The notes under the pieces: generated by a model | The model's database searches: none | What the model was told of the DNA's origin: nothing | What the model saw: only the letters and a program-made list of their open reading frames with translations | From: an uncultured Acidobacteriota bacterium | Lineage (GTDB): Bacteria > Acidobacteriota > Thermoanaerobaculia > UBA5066 > Gp7-AA6 | Direction of reading: 5' to 3' | NCBI GenBank assembly: GCA_963764715.1 | Contig: CAVXTP010000022.1 | Span: 416,001 to 480,000 of the forward strand | Length of the DNA stretch: 64,000 bases | Made by a program: the position numbers and the translations under genes | Shown here: positions 1 to 11,879 of the stretch, in pieces | Layout of the letters: the number at the start of each line of letters is the position of its first letter | Numbering within the stretch: the first letter of the stretch is position 1

Positions 1-29
1 CCGTGGCGCTACGGGATAATCGAACAGCG

Positions 30-1397
30 ATGCCTCGACTCGGGGTCCTCCTCCTGCGGGCCGGCGCGGTCACCGAGGAGAGCGTGAACCGCGCTCTGGC
101 CGTCCAGGGCTTCGCGGGCGGCCGCCTCGGAACGCTCCTCATCGAGCGAGGCTCCGCGTCCGAGGACGACATCGGCCGGGCCCTCGCCGAGCAGCACGGG
201 TGCGAGTACGCGCCATGGAACGTCCTCGGCTCCGTGCCCGCGACCGTCATCGCCGCGCTCCCCTCCAAGTTCGCGATCCGGCACTCGGCGGTTCCGGTGG
301 GCCTCGGCGAGGGATTCATCCGCATCGCGCTGCGCGATCCCGCCAACCTCCGCATCCTCGACGAGCTCTTCTTCGTGACCGGCAAGAAGATCGTTCCGGC
401 CGTCGCTCCCGAGGTCCGGCTCTACCAGGCCCTCGAGAAGTACTACGGGGAGCGCCGCACGCCGCGCTTCGCGATCCTGGCCGAGAAGCTCTCGCGCCCG
501 ACGGCCCCATCGGTGATCCGCAAGCCCCTTCCACCCCCGCCGAACTTCTCGTCGGCCGCCCGCGAGCTTCCGCCCGGCCTGGCTCCCGGCGAACCGGACG
601 ATCCGACGCTCCTCGCGGCCTGGCGGGTCCCGGACACGCCGCCGGTGGGATGGGGAGGCCTTCCGCCGCCCCCGGAAGAGCCGGAGCACCCCGAATCGAT
701 CGCGTGGGAGGAAACGCCGGCGACGGGCACGTGGCCGGCGAGTCCGCCGCTGCCGGCGAGCGCTCCGCCGCCGCCGCCCTCCGCGCGGCCCGGAGCGCCA
801 ATCTCGATCGCGCCGCCGTCGGCTCTCTCCGCGTGGCACAACATGACGGAGGTCCCTCCGCGTCCGGCCCCGACGCCGGCGCTCTCGACGGGATTGCCCT
901 CGACCGGGATGCCGTCGAAGGGGGACCTCGCGTCGATCCTGAAGGCGAACGGACGCGACGAGATCTTCGAGGCGACTCTCTCGGTGCTCGCGCGGCGCTT
1001 CCTGCGGAGCGCCATTTTCGTGGCCCGGCCGGACGCCGTGGCCGGCTGGTCCGCCGCCGGCGAGGGAGTAAACGTCGAGGCGGTGCGCCGTCTCGAAACG
1101 CCGTGGACCGAGCCGTCGATTTTCCTGAACGTGCGAATGAGCCGGTCCTTCTACCTGGGGGCGCTTCCGCCGCTCGCCCGGCACGAGGAGCTCGCCGCCG
1201 CGCTCGGGGGCTGGCCGGCGGAGTGCCTGGTCCAGCCCGTGCTGATGCGGGACAAGACCGTCGCGTTCTTCTACGTGGTTTGCCGGGACGCCCAGGGCGC
1301 GACGCCGGCCGACCTGACCTGCGTCCGGGAGCTGGCCGGGGCCGCGGCCGCCGCCCTGGCGGCGTCCATCCGCTTGAGGAAAAAGCAGGTTATATAA
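30..1397 (+). CDS. MshEN (T2SSE_N/GspE N-terminal) domain protein with Pro-rich linker and C-terminal GAF-like domain; no ATPase
   Basis: Tandem MshEN motifs RLGVLLLRAGAVTEESVNRALAVQ and RLGTLLIERGSASEDDIGRALAEQ, followed by the T2SSE_N body (IALRDP..., LEKYYG). No Walker A motif. ATG at 30 chosen over GTG at 3. Confidence 0.8.
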   Translation: MPRLGVLLLRAGAVTEESVNRALAVQGFAGGRLGTLLIERGSASEDDIGRALAEQHGCEYAPWNVLGSVPATVIAALPSKFAIRHSAVPVGLGEGFIRIALRDPANLRILDELFFVTGKKIVPAVAPEVRLYQALEKYYGERRTPRFAILAEKLSRPTAPSVIRKPLPPPPNFSSAARELPPGLAPGEPDDPTLLAAWRVPDTPPVGWGGLPPPPEEPEHPESIAWEETPATGTWPASPPLPASAPPPPPSARPGAPISIAPPSALSAWHNMTEVPPRPAPTPALSTGLPSTGMPSKGDLASILKANGRDEIFEATLSVLARRFLRSAIFVARPDAVAGWSAAGEGVNVEAVRRLETPWTEPSIFLNVRMSRSFYLGALPPLARHEELAAALGGWPAECLVQPVLMRDKTVAFFYVVCRDAQGATPADLTCVRELAGAAAAALAASIRLRKKQVI

Positions 1398-1398
1398 T
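1393..1398 (+). promoter_or_regulatory. Putative -10 box (TATAAT) for the HU/IHF gene, overlapping the upstream stop codon
   Basis: Perfect TATAAT in a GC-rich context, followed by a GGAGG Shine-Dalgarno before ATG 1420. Confidence 0.5.
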
Positions 1399-1419
1399 CC
1401 TGGTCACCCCGGAGGACAC

Positions 1420-1689
1420 ATGATCAAAGCGGACATCGTCGACCGCGTGGTGGATCTCGCACAGATCCCGCGCGCCAAAGCGGCCACGGCCGTCGAAACC
1501 GTGATCGAAGCCATGCGCTCGGCCCTCGGCGCCGGGGACCGGATCGAGCTGCGCGGCTTCGGCGTCTTCCAGGTCAAGCGCCGCAAGCGCGGCATCGGCC
1601 GCAACCCCAAGACCGGCGTCGAGGTTTCGATTCCTCCGGGCAACACCATCCGCTTCAAGCCCGGCAAAGACCTTCGGGACCTGCCTTAG
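1420..1689 (+). CDS. HU/IHF family DNA-binding protein
   Basis: 89 aa with IELRGFGVF and GRNPKTG...IRFKPGK signature; GGAGG RBS. Confidence 0.95.
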   Translation: MIKADIVDRVVDLAQIPRAKAATAVETVIEAMRSALGAGDRIELRGFGVFQVKRRKRGIGRNPKTGVEVSIPPGNTIRFKPGKDLRDLP

Positions 1690-1709
1690 CGCCGACATAG
1701 AATAGGAAC

Positions 1710-3020
1710 ATGCCGCGCATTGGAGAGCTCCTGATCGCCGAGGGGCTTCTCTCCGAGGTCGCCGTGCAGAGCGCCCTCGGGTTCCAGAGGCACACGGGCG
1801 AGCCCTTCCGCCTCGGCACGATCCTCCTCGATCGCGACCTCCTCGGCGAAGAAAGCCTCCTCAAGGCGCTGGCGGCGATCCACCGCTGCGACTTCGCGAC
1901 CTGGCCCCAGATCATGAAGGCGACCCCCCAGGTGGTTCGCATTCTCCCCGAGCGCGCGGCGGTGCGCCTGGCCGCGATCCCGTACGCCCTGGAGGGCCGC
2001 GGGGTGCGCGTGGCGTTCAAGAACCCTTCCAATCTCGCCGCCGTCGACGAGGTCTCGGCGCTGACCGGACGGCCCGTTCTGCCGGCCGTCATCACCGAGG
2101 TCCGGCTGCTGCAGGCCCTCAATCTCTTCTACGGCCGCCCGGTCCCCATCGAGTTCCGCAACGTGCTCCAGAAGCTGGAGCGCAACGAGGAGCGGCGCCT
2201 CTTCCGCACCCGCGCGACCGACCGCGCCGAGCTCGCCGGCCGCTTCGTCAACCCGACCCCGACGTCCCGTCCCGCGGCCCGCGAGATCCCGATCGCATTC
2301 GGCCGCCCCGAGGCCGACGAGCCGAAGCCGCCGGCCGCGTTCGCCGCTCCGTTCGACTCGGCCGAGAACCCCCAGAACGAAACTCCGGACGCCCCCGGCC
2401 TCCTGCCGGACTTCACGCCGCCGCAGTCCGAATCGCCCGAAGAGCTCGCCGCCGGCATGTGGAAAGACGAGGGTTCCGTGGCGGAGCCCGCCCTTCCGCC
2501 CGCCAGGCCGGCGATCGCCCCGGCTCCCACGCCGGCGCACCCCTTCGCCGAAGCCGAGCCCTCGACGAACCGCGATCAGATCGCCGAGGCGGCGCTCGAC
2601 GCCCTCGTCCTGCGCTTTCCCCGCGTGCTGCTGCTGATGTCGGCGCAGGAGTCGGTCCAGGGCTGGACCGCGCGGGGCGGCCGGCTGACGCGCTCGCGCA
2701 TCGAAAAGGTCCGGATCCCGTGGGGCGAGCCTTCCATCTTCGCGTTCGTGAAGCTTTCGGGAAGCCCGCACCGCGGCGGCCTCTCCCGCATCCTGATGCC
2801 GGCCGCACTGACGGAGCTTCTCGGCGAGAGGGCGACGGCCTCGTGCGCGGTCTACCCCGTCCGGATCAAGGACCGCCTCGTGGCGTTCCTCTACGCGGAC
2901 CGGGCGGGCGCCCCGCTTTCCGCCGACGACTACCGGACGCTCGAGGTCGCAGCGAGCTCGCTCGGCAGCTCGCTGGCGCGCCTGCTCCTGGAGCTCCGCA
3001 AATCCTCCCCCGCGAGCTGA
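1710..3020 (+). CDS. Second MshEN (T2SSE_N) domain protein with Pro-rich linker and C-terminal GAF-like domain
   Basis: RIGELLIAEGLLSEVAVQSALGFQ then RLGTILLDRDLL. The C-terminal domain is similar to that of 30..1397 (RDQI/RDEI, GW, PWGEPSIF/PWTEPSIF, V...Y). Confidence 0.8.
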   Translation: MPRIGELLIAEGLLSEVAVQSALGFQRHTGEPFRLGTILLDRDLLGEESLLKALAAIHRCDFATWPQIMKATPQVVRILPERAAVRLAAIPYALEGRGVRVAFKNPSNLAAVDEVSALTGRPVLPAVITEVRLLQALNLFYGRPVPIEFRNVLQKLERNEERRLFRTRATDRAELAGRFVNPTPTSRPAAREIPIAFGRPEADEPKPPAAFAAPFDSAENPQNETPDAPGLLPDFTPPQSESPEELAAGMWKDEGSVAEPALPPARPAIAPAPTPAHPFAEAEPSTNRDQIAEAALDALVLRFPRVLLLMSAQESVQGWTARGGRLTRSRIEKVRIPWGEPSIFAFVKLSGSPHRGGLSRILMPAALTELLGERATASCAVYPVRIKDRLVAFLYADRAGAPLSADDYRTLEVAASSLGSSLARLLLELRKSSPAS

Positions 3021-3024
3021 GTCC

Positions 3025-3945
3025 CTGACCGATCCCGCGGCCGAGCCGTTTGCCGAGGCGCCGCCTCCCCGGTCGCGCTGGCGGCGCGCCGCGGAGCACC
3101 CCCTCTTTCACCTGGGCCTGTTCCTCCTGACGTTCGTCACGACGACGCTCGCCGGCGGCGCCGCCTTCACGACGACGGGCGGATGGCTCGGCGGCGGCCG
3201 CTTCTCGGACGGCTTCGCGTTCTCGATCCCGGTCATGACGATTCTCGGCGTCCACGAGATGGGGCATTACGTCATGTGCCGGCGATACGGGCTCGCCGCG
3301 ACGCTGCCGATCTTCCTGCCGTCGCCCATCCTCCTGCCGAACGTGCTGTCCTTCGGGACGTTCGGGGCCGTCATCCGGATCAAGGAGCCGATCCCGAACA
3401 AGCGCGTGCTGCTCGACGTCGGCGCGGCCGGGCCGATCGCGGGCTTCGTCGCGACCCTGCCGTTTCTTCTCTACGGAGTCGCGCACCCGAAGCCCAGCCA
3501 GACGCCGCTGACTCCCGGCACGACGCTCTTCGACTATCCCCTGATCGTGCACTGGGCCCAGCGCTGGATGCACATCGGCCCGTACACGAGCGCGTCGGTC
3601 CACGAGCATCCGACGTTCATGGCGGCGTGGTTCGGGCTGATCGTCACCGCGATGAACCTGTTTCCCCTCGGCCAGCTCGACGGGTCGCACGTGATGCGCG
3701 CCCTTCTCGGCCGGCGGCAGCCCTTCGCGGCCGGCGCCGCGGCGGCGCTCGCGGTCGCGGGCTCGTTCCTCGGCCCGCCCGTGTGGCTGGTCTTCTCCTT
3801 CTTCGTCGTGCTCTTCATGGGATTCCGCCACCCTCCCATGCCCGACGACGACGAGCCGCTCGGTTTCGGCCGGAAGCTCGTGGCCCTCGGCTGCATCGGG
3901 ATCTTCCTGCTCTGCTTTTCGCTGGCGCCGTTTCGCTCGCCGTAG
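3025..3945 (+). CDS. Site-2 protease family (M50) membrane metalloprotease
   Basis: HEMGH and NLFPLGQLDG motifs. The frame stays open upstream of ATG 3235 and encodes the typical first TM helix HLGLFLLTFVTTTLAG. The start is uncertain (CTG 3025 proposed). Confidence 0.85.
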   Translation: MTDPAAEPFAEAPPPRSRWRRAAEHPLFHLGLFLLTFVTTTLAGGAAFTTTGGWLGGGRFSDGFAFSIPVMTILGVHEMGHYVMCRRYGLAATLPIFLPSPILLPNVLSFGTFGAVIRIKEPIPNKRVLLDVGAAGPIAGFVATLPFLLYGVAHPKPSQTPLTPGTTLFDYPLIVHWAQRWMHIGPYTSASVHEHPTFMAAWFGLIVTAMNLFPLGQLDGSHVMRALLGRRQPFAAGAAAALAVAGSFLGPPVWLVFSFFVVLFMGFRHPPMPDDDEPLGFGRKLVALGCIGIFLLCFSLAPFRSP

Positions 3946-3981
3946 GGGGGCGGCCGTCGAGGACGAGGGGGGCCGCCCCTA
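3943..3981. terminator. GC-rich hairpin between the convergent S2P and dtd genes
   Basis: Inverted repeat GGGGCGGCC...GGCCGCCCC; no U-tract. Confidence 0.35.
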
Positions 3982-4425
3982 CTTCTGCGGAAGCTCGAGG
4001 AGGAAGGTGGCCGGCCCGTCGTTGACGAGCGAGACCTGCATGTTCGCGCCGAAGACTCCCGTGGCGACCCGGAGGCCCGTGCCGGCGAGGGCCGCGACGA
4101 ACCGGGCGTAGAGGGGCTCGGCCTCCGGCCCGCTCAGCGCGCGCTCGAATCCCGGGCGGCGCCCCCGCGACAGGTCGGCGCCGAGCGTGAACTGCGACAC
4201 CGCGAGGACCGCGCCGCGAACGTCGGCGAGCGCGAGGTTCATCTTGCCCGCCGCGTCGTCGAAGACGCGCAGGCCGGCGACCTTGCGCGCCGCGTCGTCG
4301 GCGAGCTCGGGCGTGTCCCCGCGCTCGGCCCCGAACAGAACGAGAAAACCCCGGCCGATCTCGCCGACGACCGCCCCGTCGACGTGCACGGCGGCGCTCG
4401 AGACGCGCTGGATGACGAGCTTCAT
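3979..4425 (-). CDS. dtd: D-aminoacyl-tRNA deacylase
   Basis: MKLVIQRVSSA start, SQFTL and NDGP motifs; ATGA overlap with the murJ stop. Confidence 0.95.
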   Translation of the reverse strand: MKLVIQRVSSAAVHVDGAVVGEIGRGFLVLFGAERGDTPELADDAARKVAGLRVFDDAAGKMNLALADVRGAVLAVSQFTLGADLSRGRRPGFERALSGPEAEPLYARFVAALAGTGLRVATGVFGANMQVSLVNDGPATFLLELPQK

Positions 4426-5996
4426 CGCTCGCGTCTCGCGACGCGGCGAAGCTCCGCCGGCTCCGGCGCGCCGAGCAGGTGTGCGGCGAGCCAGTAGACG
4501 ACGGCCGCCGAGGAGATCATGACTCCGAGGATCGCGGCTCCCCTCCAGCCGACGATGCGGTCCGCCGCGAAGAGGCGGAGGCCGCCGAAGACGTAAGCGC
4601 CCATCGCCGCCGAGGCCGCGGCGATGCGCGCGACGGAGGCGAGGATCTGGCGGCCGCGCAGCCGGCCTTCGCGCAGGCGCAGCATGACCACGAGGATCAG
4701 GACGTTGACGGCGGCGGCGCCGGAGGCCGCGAGGCCGATCCCGGGCAGGCCGAGCGGGCGGGTCAGGATCCGGCAGAGCAGGACGAACACGACGGCGTCG
4801 GCGAGCGCGGCGACGACCGGCAGGGACGTGTTCTTCAGCGCGTAGAAGGCCGGGACGATCACCCGGATCCCGGCGAAGAAGAAGAGCCCGACCGAAAGTG
4901 TGGCGAGCGCTCCCGCGGTTTCGAGGGTGTCGCTCGCGCCGAACCGTCCCCCCTGGAAGAGGACGCGGACGATCGGCACCTGCAGCATGACGAGGCCCAC
5001 GCTCGCGGGCACGGTGACGAACGCGATCAGGCGCAGCGCGAAGGCGAGGTTGTCCTTGAAGGGGCCGCGGTCGGGCAGGAGCGCCTGCTTCGAGAGGAGC
5101 GGCAGGATGACGGTCGCGATCGAGACCGCGAAGCCGCCGAGCACGAGCTCCTTGAGCCGATTGGCGTAGTAGAGATGCGACACGCTCCCGTCGCCGAGGC
5201 CGGCGGCGAAGCGGGTCGAGACGACGGTGTTGAAGGCGCTGATTCCGTACGCGGCGAGGCGCGGCGCCATGAGCAGGAGGACGGACCGGACGGCCGGATC
5301 GCTCCAGCCGAGCGCGGGCCGCCCGACCGCGTGAAGCGCCCGCAGCTGCGGAATCTGGACGACGATCTGCAGCAGGCCGCCCGCGAGGACCCCGGCCGCC
5401 AGCCCGTAGGTCGGCTCGGAAAGGCGCGGCGAGACGAAGAGCGCCGCGAGGATCACGGCCACGTTCAGGAGAATCGGCGCCGCCGCGGCCGCCGCGAAGC
5501 GCCGGTGCGCGTTGAGCAGCGCCTGGCACAGCGCCGCGAGCGAGACGAGCAGGATGTACGGGAAGATCCAGCGGTTCAGGAGCACCGTCAGCTCGAACTT
5601 GCCGGGCTCCTGGCGGAACTGGCCCGCGAGCAGCGTGACGAGCCACGGCGAGAGGAGGATCCCGGCCACGGTGATCGCGGCGAGAATGACGGCGAACGTG
5701 GCGACGACGCGCCCGACGAAGGCGCGGGCCTCTTCGGCGCTGCGCTGCGCGGAGACTTCCGTGTAGACCGGGATCACGGCCGAAGACATCGCGCCCTCGC
5801 CGATGATTTCCCGCAGCATGTTCGGAATGCGGAAGGCCACGAAGAACGCGTCCGAGCGGAGCCCCGCGCCGAGTGAAAACGCGATCGCCTTTTCCCGCAG
5901 GTAGCCCGTGATCCGCGAGAGGAGCGTCAGGGGCGTGATCGTCGACGCCGAGCGCACGAGGTGGCGGCGGGTCGCTTCGATCTCGTTGTCGGTCAT
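4422..5996 (-). CDS. murJ: Lipid II flippase MurJ (MviN)
   Basis: SRITGYLRE, DAFFVAFRIPNMLR..GEGA motifs; many TM helices. Start set at MTDNEIE. Confidence 0.95.
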   Translation of the reverse strand: MTDNEIEATRRHLVRSASTITPLTLLSRITGYLREKAIAFSLGAGLRSDAFFVAFRIPNMLREIIGEGAMSSAVIPVYTEVSAQRSAEEARAFVGRVVATFAVILAAITVAGILLSPWLVTLLAGQFRQEPGKFELTVLLNRWIFPYILLVSLAALCQALLNAHRRFAAAAAAPILLNVAVILAALFVSPRLSEPTYGLAAGVLAGGLLQIVVQIPQLRALHAVGRPALGWSDPAVRSVLLLMAPRLAAYGISAFNTVVSTRFAAGLGDGSVSHLYYANRLKELVLGGFAVSIATVILPLLSKQALLPDRGPFKDNLAFALRLIAFVTVPASVGLVMLQVPIVRVLFQGGRFGASDTLETAGALATLSVGLFFFAGIRVIVPAFYALKNTSLPVVAALADAVVFVLLCRILTRPLGLPGIGLAASGAAAVNVLILVVMLRLREGRLRGRQILASVARIAAASAAMGAYVFGGLRLFAADRIVGWRGAAILGVMISSAAVVYWLAAHLLGAPEPAELRRVARRER

Positions 5997-6091
5997 GCGG
6001 TTGAGCGATTCTAGCCGTCCTCGGCGCCCGGACGTCATCTGTCCGCTACGAAGTGGAATATGGTTCCAGCACCTGAAAGGAGGGCGAACAC

Positions 6092-6535
6092 ATGGCCAGC
6101 GTGAACAAAGTGATCCTGATCGGAAACCTCGGGAAGGACCCGGAGATCCGGACGACGCCGCAGGGAACGACCCTCGCACGCTTCTCGGTGGCGACCTCGA
6201 CGACCTGGAAGGACGCGTCGGGCGCCAAGCAGGAGAAGACCGAGTGGCACGACATCGTGGCGTGGGAGAAGCTCGCGCAGATCTGCGGCGAGTATCTCCA
6301 CAAGGGAAAGATGGTCTACGTCGAAGGCAGCCTCCAGACCCGGAGCTGGGAGGACCAGGCGGGCCAGAAGCGCTACAAGACCGAGATCAAGGCCTCCAAC
6401 GTCGTGATGCTCTCCCGGCGCGAGGACGGAGCGCGCGCGGCCGGGGCGCGCGAGGCCGGGGCGCGCGAGGTCGCCGAAGCGCCCGAGCCGGCCACGGCCG
6501 GAGGCGGCGGCTACGACGACGACGTCCCGTTCTAG
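6092..6535 (+). CDS. ssb: Single-stranded DNA-binding protein
   Basis: [16 protein letters not shown] and a C-terminal DDDVPF tail; GGAGG RBS. Confidence 0.97.
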   Translation: MASVNKVILIGNLGKDPEIRTTPQGTTLARFSVATSTTWKDASGAKQEKTEWHDIVAWEKLAQICGEYLHKGKMVYVEGSLQTRSWEDQAGQKRYKTEIKASNVVMLSRREDGARAAGAREAGAREVAEAPEPATAGGGGYDDDVPF

Positions 6536-6542
6536 GCCGGCC

Positions 6543-6830
6543 ATGCCGGCCTACGTCGTTATCGACGTCGAGGTGACCGACCCCGAAACCTACGAGCGGT
6601 ACAAGCCGCTGGCGCCGCCCGTGATCGCCGCCTACGGTGGCCGTTACCTCGCCCGCGGCGGGCGGACGGACGTGCTCGAGGGCGACTGGGCGCCGACCCG
6701 CGCGGTGATCCTGGAGTTCCCGAGCCTCGAGAGGGCCCGGGCCTGGTGGGAGTCGCCGGAATACGCCGCCGCCAGGGCGCTGCGGCAGTCGAGCACGCGG
6801 ACCCGGATGGTCGTGGTCGAAGGGCTCTGA
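6543..6830 (+). CDS. DUF1330 family protein
   Basis: MPAYVVID...YGGRYLARGG...LEG.W...EFPS...WW.SPEY pattern. Confidence 0.85.
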   Translation: MPAYVVIDVEVTDPETYERYKPLAPPVIAAYGGRYLARGGRTDVLEGDWAPTRAVILEFPSLERARAWWESPEYAAARALRQSSTRTRMVVVEGL

Positions 6831-6852
6831 GCCGCCCGGGGCCGGCGCGCGC

Positions 6853-7868
6853 TCAACCGATCGAAGCCGCGAACTCGCGCAGCTCCGCGGCCATCGCCGC
6901 GAGACTCACGTTTGCGTCCGCGTCCGTCCGCCTCGCGCGCCGGAGCGCGGCGAGGTGGTCGGCATAGCCTTCCAGCCGCTCGGCCGCCTCGACGCGCCGC
7001 GCCTCCGGAACGCGGCAGCCGACCTCCGCGATCGCCGCGGGGTAATCCTCCAGCCGCCGGCAGACGAAGAGGAGGTCGCAGCCCGCGATCGAGGCCCGGA
7101 CGCAGCGTTCCGGGATGGATCCGAAGGCGCTCAGGGCGCCCATCTCGAGGTCGTCCGAGAAGGCGGCGCCCTCGAAGCCGAGGATGGTGCGCAGGTGGAC
7201 CGTCGCCCAGGCGTCCGAGAGCGAGGCCGGGATTCCGTCGGGCCCCGCCGCGTGCGAGATCATCACGGCGCGGGCCTTTGGCATCAGCACGTCGAACGGC
7301 GTCAGGTCGAGCGCCTGCTGGTGCGGGTCGGACTCGAGCACCGGAAGGGTGTCGTGGGTGTCGAGGCGGGCGCGGCCGAGCCCCGGGAAGTGCTTGACGC
7401 AGCCGCCGATCCCCTCCGAGTGCAGGCCGTCGAGGAAATCCCCCGCGGCCTCGATGATCCGGGCCGGTTCCGCCGAGGCCGCGCGCTCGCCGAGCACCAC
7501 GACCCCGGCGCCCGGCAGCCCGCGATCGACGACCGGTGCGAGGTCGACGTCGAAGCCGAGGCGCGCGAGCGCGCGCCCCGCGAGCTCCCCCGCCCGTCGG
7601 GCGGCCCCCGGTTTGGCCGCGGCCTTCTGGAGCGAGGGGGCCGGGGCGAGCAGGTCGCGCAGGCGGTCGACGGGGCCGCCCTCCTGGTCGAGGAACAGGA
7701 AACGCGCGCCGAGGTCCCGGACCCCGGCGATCAGTCGCGCGAGCTGCGGCTCGCTCTCGATGTTGCGCCGGAAGAGGATCACGCCGAACGGGGGATGCTC
7801 GGCCAGAATCTCGCGCTCGCGCGCGGTGAGGGTTGCGCCCTCCACGCCGACGCCGAACAGGCGCGAGC

Positions 7869-7872
<4 letters not shown>
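6853..7872 (-). CDS. nagZ: Beta-N-acetylhexosaminidase (GH3, NagZ-like)
   Basis: GVILFRRN, DQEGG.V.RL, KHFPGLG....DTH, SDDLEM motifs; GTG start overlaps the mutS stop. Confidence 0.88.
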
Positions 7873-10400
<2,528 letters not shown>

Positions 10401-10458
10401 GCCGGTGCTAGCATAGCTCCAAGCCGCGGGGCGCCTCCGGGCGCCGCGCCGACGGACG

Positions 10459-11091
10459 ATGAACATCCTCGCGCTCGACACGGCGGGGCCGAACCCTTCG
10501 GTGGCGGCGCTCGCGGACGAAAGGTTCTTCGAGGAGCCGCTCCCCGGAGACCGGCGCGCGTCGGAGGCGCTGCTGCCGGCGATCTCCCGCGCGCTCGCCG
10601 CCGCGGGCCTCGACCTGAGCGACTGCGATCGCATCGTCGTCGGCGCCGGGCCCGGCTCCTTCACCGGGCTGCGGGTGGGGCTGGCGACGGCGTGGGCTCT
10701 CGGCCGCGCGCTCGGCCGCCCCGTCGAGACCGTCTCGACGCTCGAGGCAGTCGCCGAGGCCGCGCGCCCCTGGGGAGGCCCGCGTGTCGCCGCGTTCCTC
10801 GACGCCGGCCGGGGCGAGCTCGTCGGCGAAGTGTTCGATCTGTCCGGGGATCGCGCCCGCTCGATCGCGCCGGCGGCCCGCATCCCGGCGGCCGAGGCCG
10901 CGGCCTTCGCCGACGGCGCTCCCATCGCGGCTCTGCCGGAGGGGCTCGCCGGCGCGGGCGGCCGCGTGCCACCGCTCTCCCTCGCCGAAGCCCTCGCCCG
11001 CGCCTCGGCGCGCACGCCGCGGGCGACGACGCCGCTCGAGGGCATCTACTCGCGCCCGAGCGCGGCCGAGGAGAAGCATGGCGCTGCGTGA
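10459..11091 (+). CDS. tsaB: tRNA threonylcarbamoyladenosine biosynthesis protein TsaB
   Basis: ILALDT and GPGSFTGLRVG motifs. Confidence 0.93.
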   Translation: MNILALDTAGPNPSVAALADERFFEEPLPGDRRASEALLPAISRALAAAGLDLSDCDRIVVGAGPGSFTGLRVGLATAWALGRALGRPVETVSTLEAVAEAARPWGGPRVAAFLDAGRGELVGEVFDLSGDRARSIAPAARIPAAEAAAFADGAPIAALPEGLAGAGGRVPPLSLAEALARASARTPRATTPLEGIYSRPSAAEEKHGAA

Positions 11092-11572
11092 GCCGGAGCC
11101 GGCCCCGTACCGCCTTCGGCCCGGCGGGCCGTTCGACCTCGACGAGGTCGCGCGGATCGAGGAGGAGTCGTTCCCGGCTCCGTGGAGGCGCGACTTTTTC
11201 GCGAGCGAGCTCGTCGAGCCGCACCGGTACATCCGCGTGCTCGCGCGCGAGGAGGGAGGCGAGCCCCGCATCGGCGGCTACCTCTTCGCCGTCTCCCTCT
11301 ACGAGGAATTTCACATCAACAAGATCGCGACCGACCGGCGGCTGCGACAGCAGGGCTACGGGCGCATGCTCCTCGAGGACGCGCTCGCACGGGCCCGCTC
11401 GATGGGCTCGACGGCGGTCACGCTCGAGGTCCGCGTCTCCAACGCCGCCGCGCGGCAGTTCTACAAGTCCTACGGCTTCGCGGAAGCCTACCGCCGCCGG
11501 GGCTACTACCAGGACGGCGAGGACGCGCTGGTGCTCGTTTTGCCGCTCCCGACGGGGTCTTCCCGCGGTTGA
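11078..11572 (+). CDS. rimI: Ribosomal-protein-alanine N-acetyltransferase RimI (GNAT)
   Basis: IEEESFPAPW, TLEVRVSNAAARQFY, RRGYY..GEDA motifs; follows tsaB. Confidence 0.9.
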   Translation: MALREPEPAPYRLRPGGPFDLDEVARIEEESFPAPWRRDFFASELVEPHRYIRVLAREEGGEPRIGGYLFAVSLYEEFHINKIATDRRLRQQGYGRMLLEDALARARSMGSTAVTLEVRVSNAAARQFYKSYGFAEAYRRRGYYQDGEDALVLVLPLPTGSSRG

Positions 11573-11654
11573 AAGCTCCCCACGGCGGGGCTAGACTTGG
11601 GACGTGGCCTTCCCCGCAGCTCTCCTCGACCAAAATACAAGGAGGTTTGACCCG

Positions 11655-11879
11655 ATGGAAAACGGGAACAGAGAGGAACTGGCCGTTACCGATCCGGAGT
11701 TTCGCCGCCTGCACGAGGAGCACCGCCACCACGAGGAGCGGCTCCACCTGCTGGCGGTGAAATCGAGCCTCTCCGAGGACGAGGAATTGGAAGAAAAGCG
11801 GCTCAAGAAGGAAAAGCTCCTTTTGAAGGACCGCATGGAAGCCATCGCGCGACACCACCGAGCGGGAGTCGCCAGCTGA
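11655..11879 (+). CDS. DUF465/YdcH family small coiled-coil protein
   Basis: FRRLHEEH...LKKEKLLLKDRM pattern; GGAGG RBS. Confidence 0.8.
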   Translation: MENGNREELAVTDPEFRRLHEEHRHHEERLHLLAVKSSLSEDEELEEKRLKKEKLLLKDRMEAIARHHRAGVAS

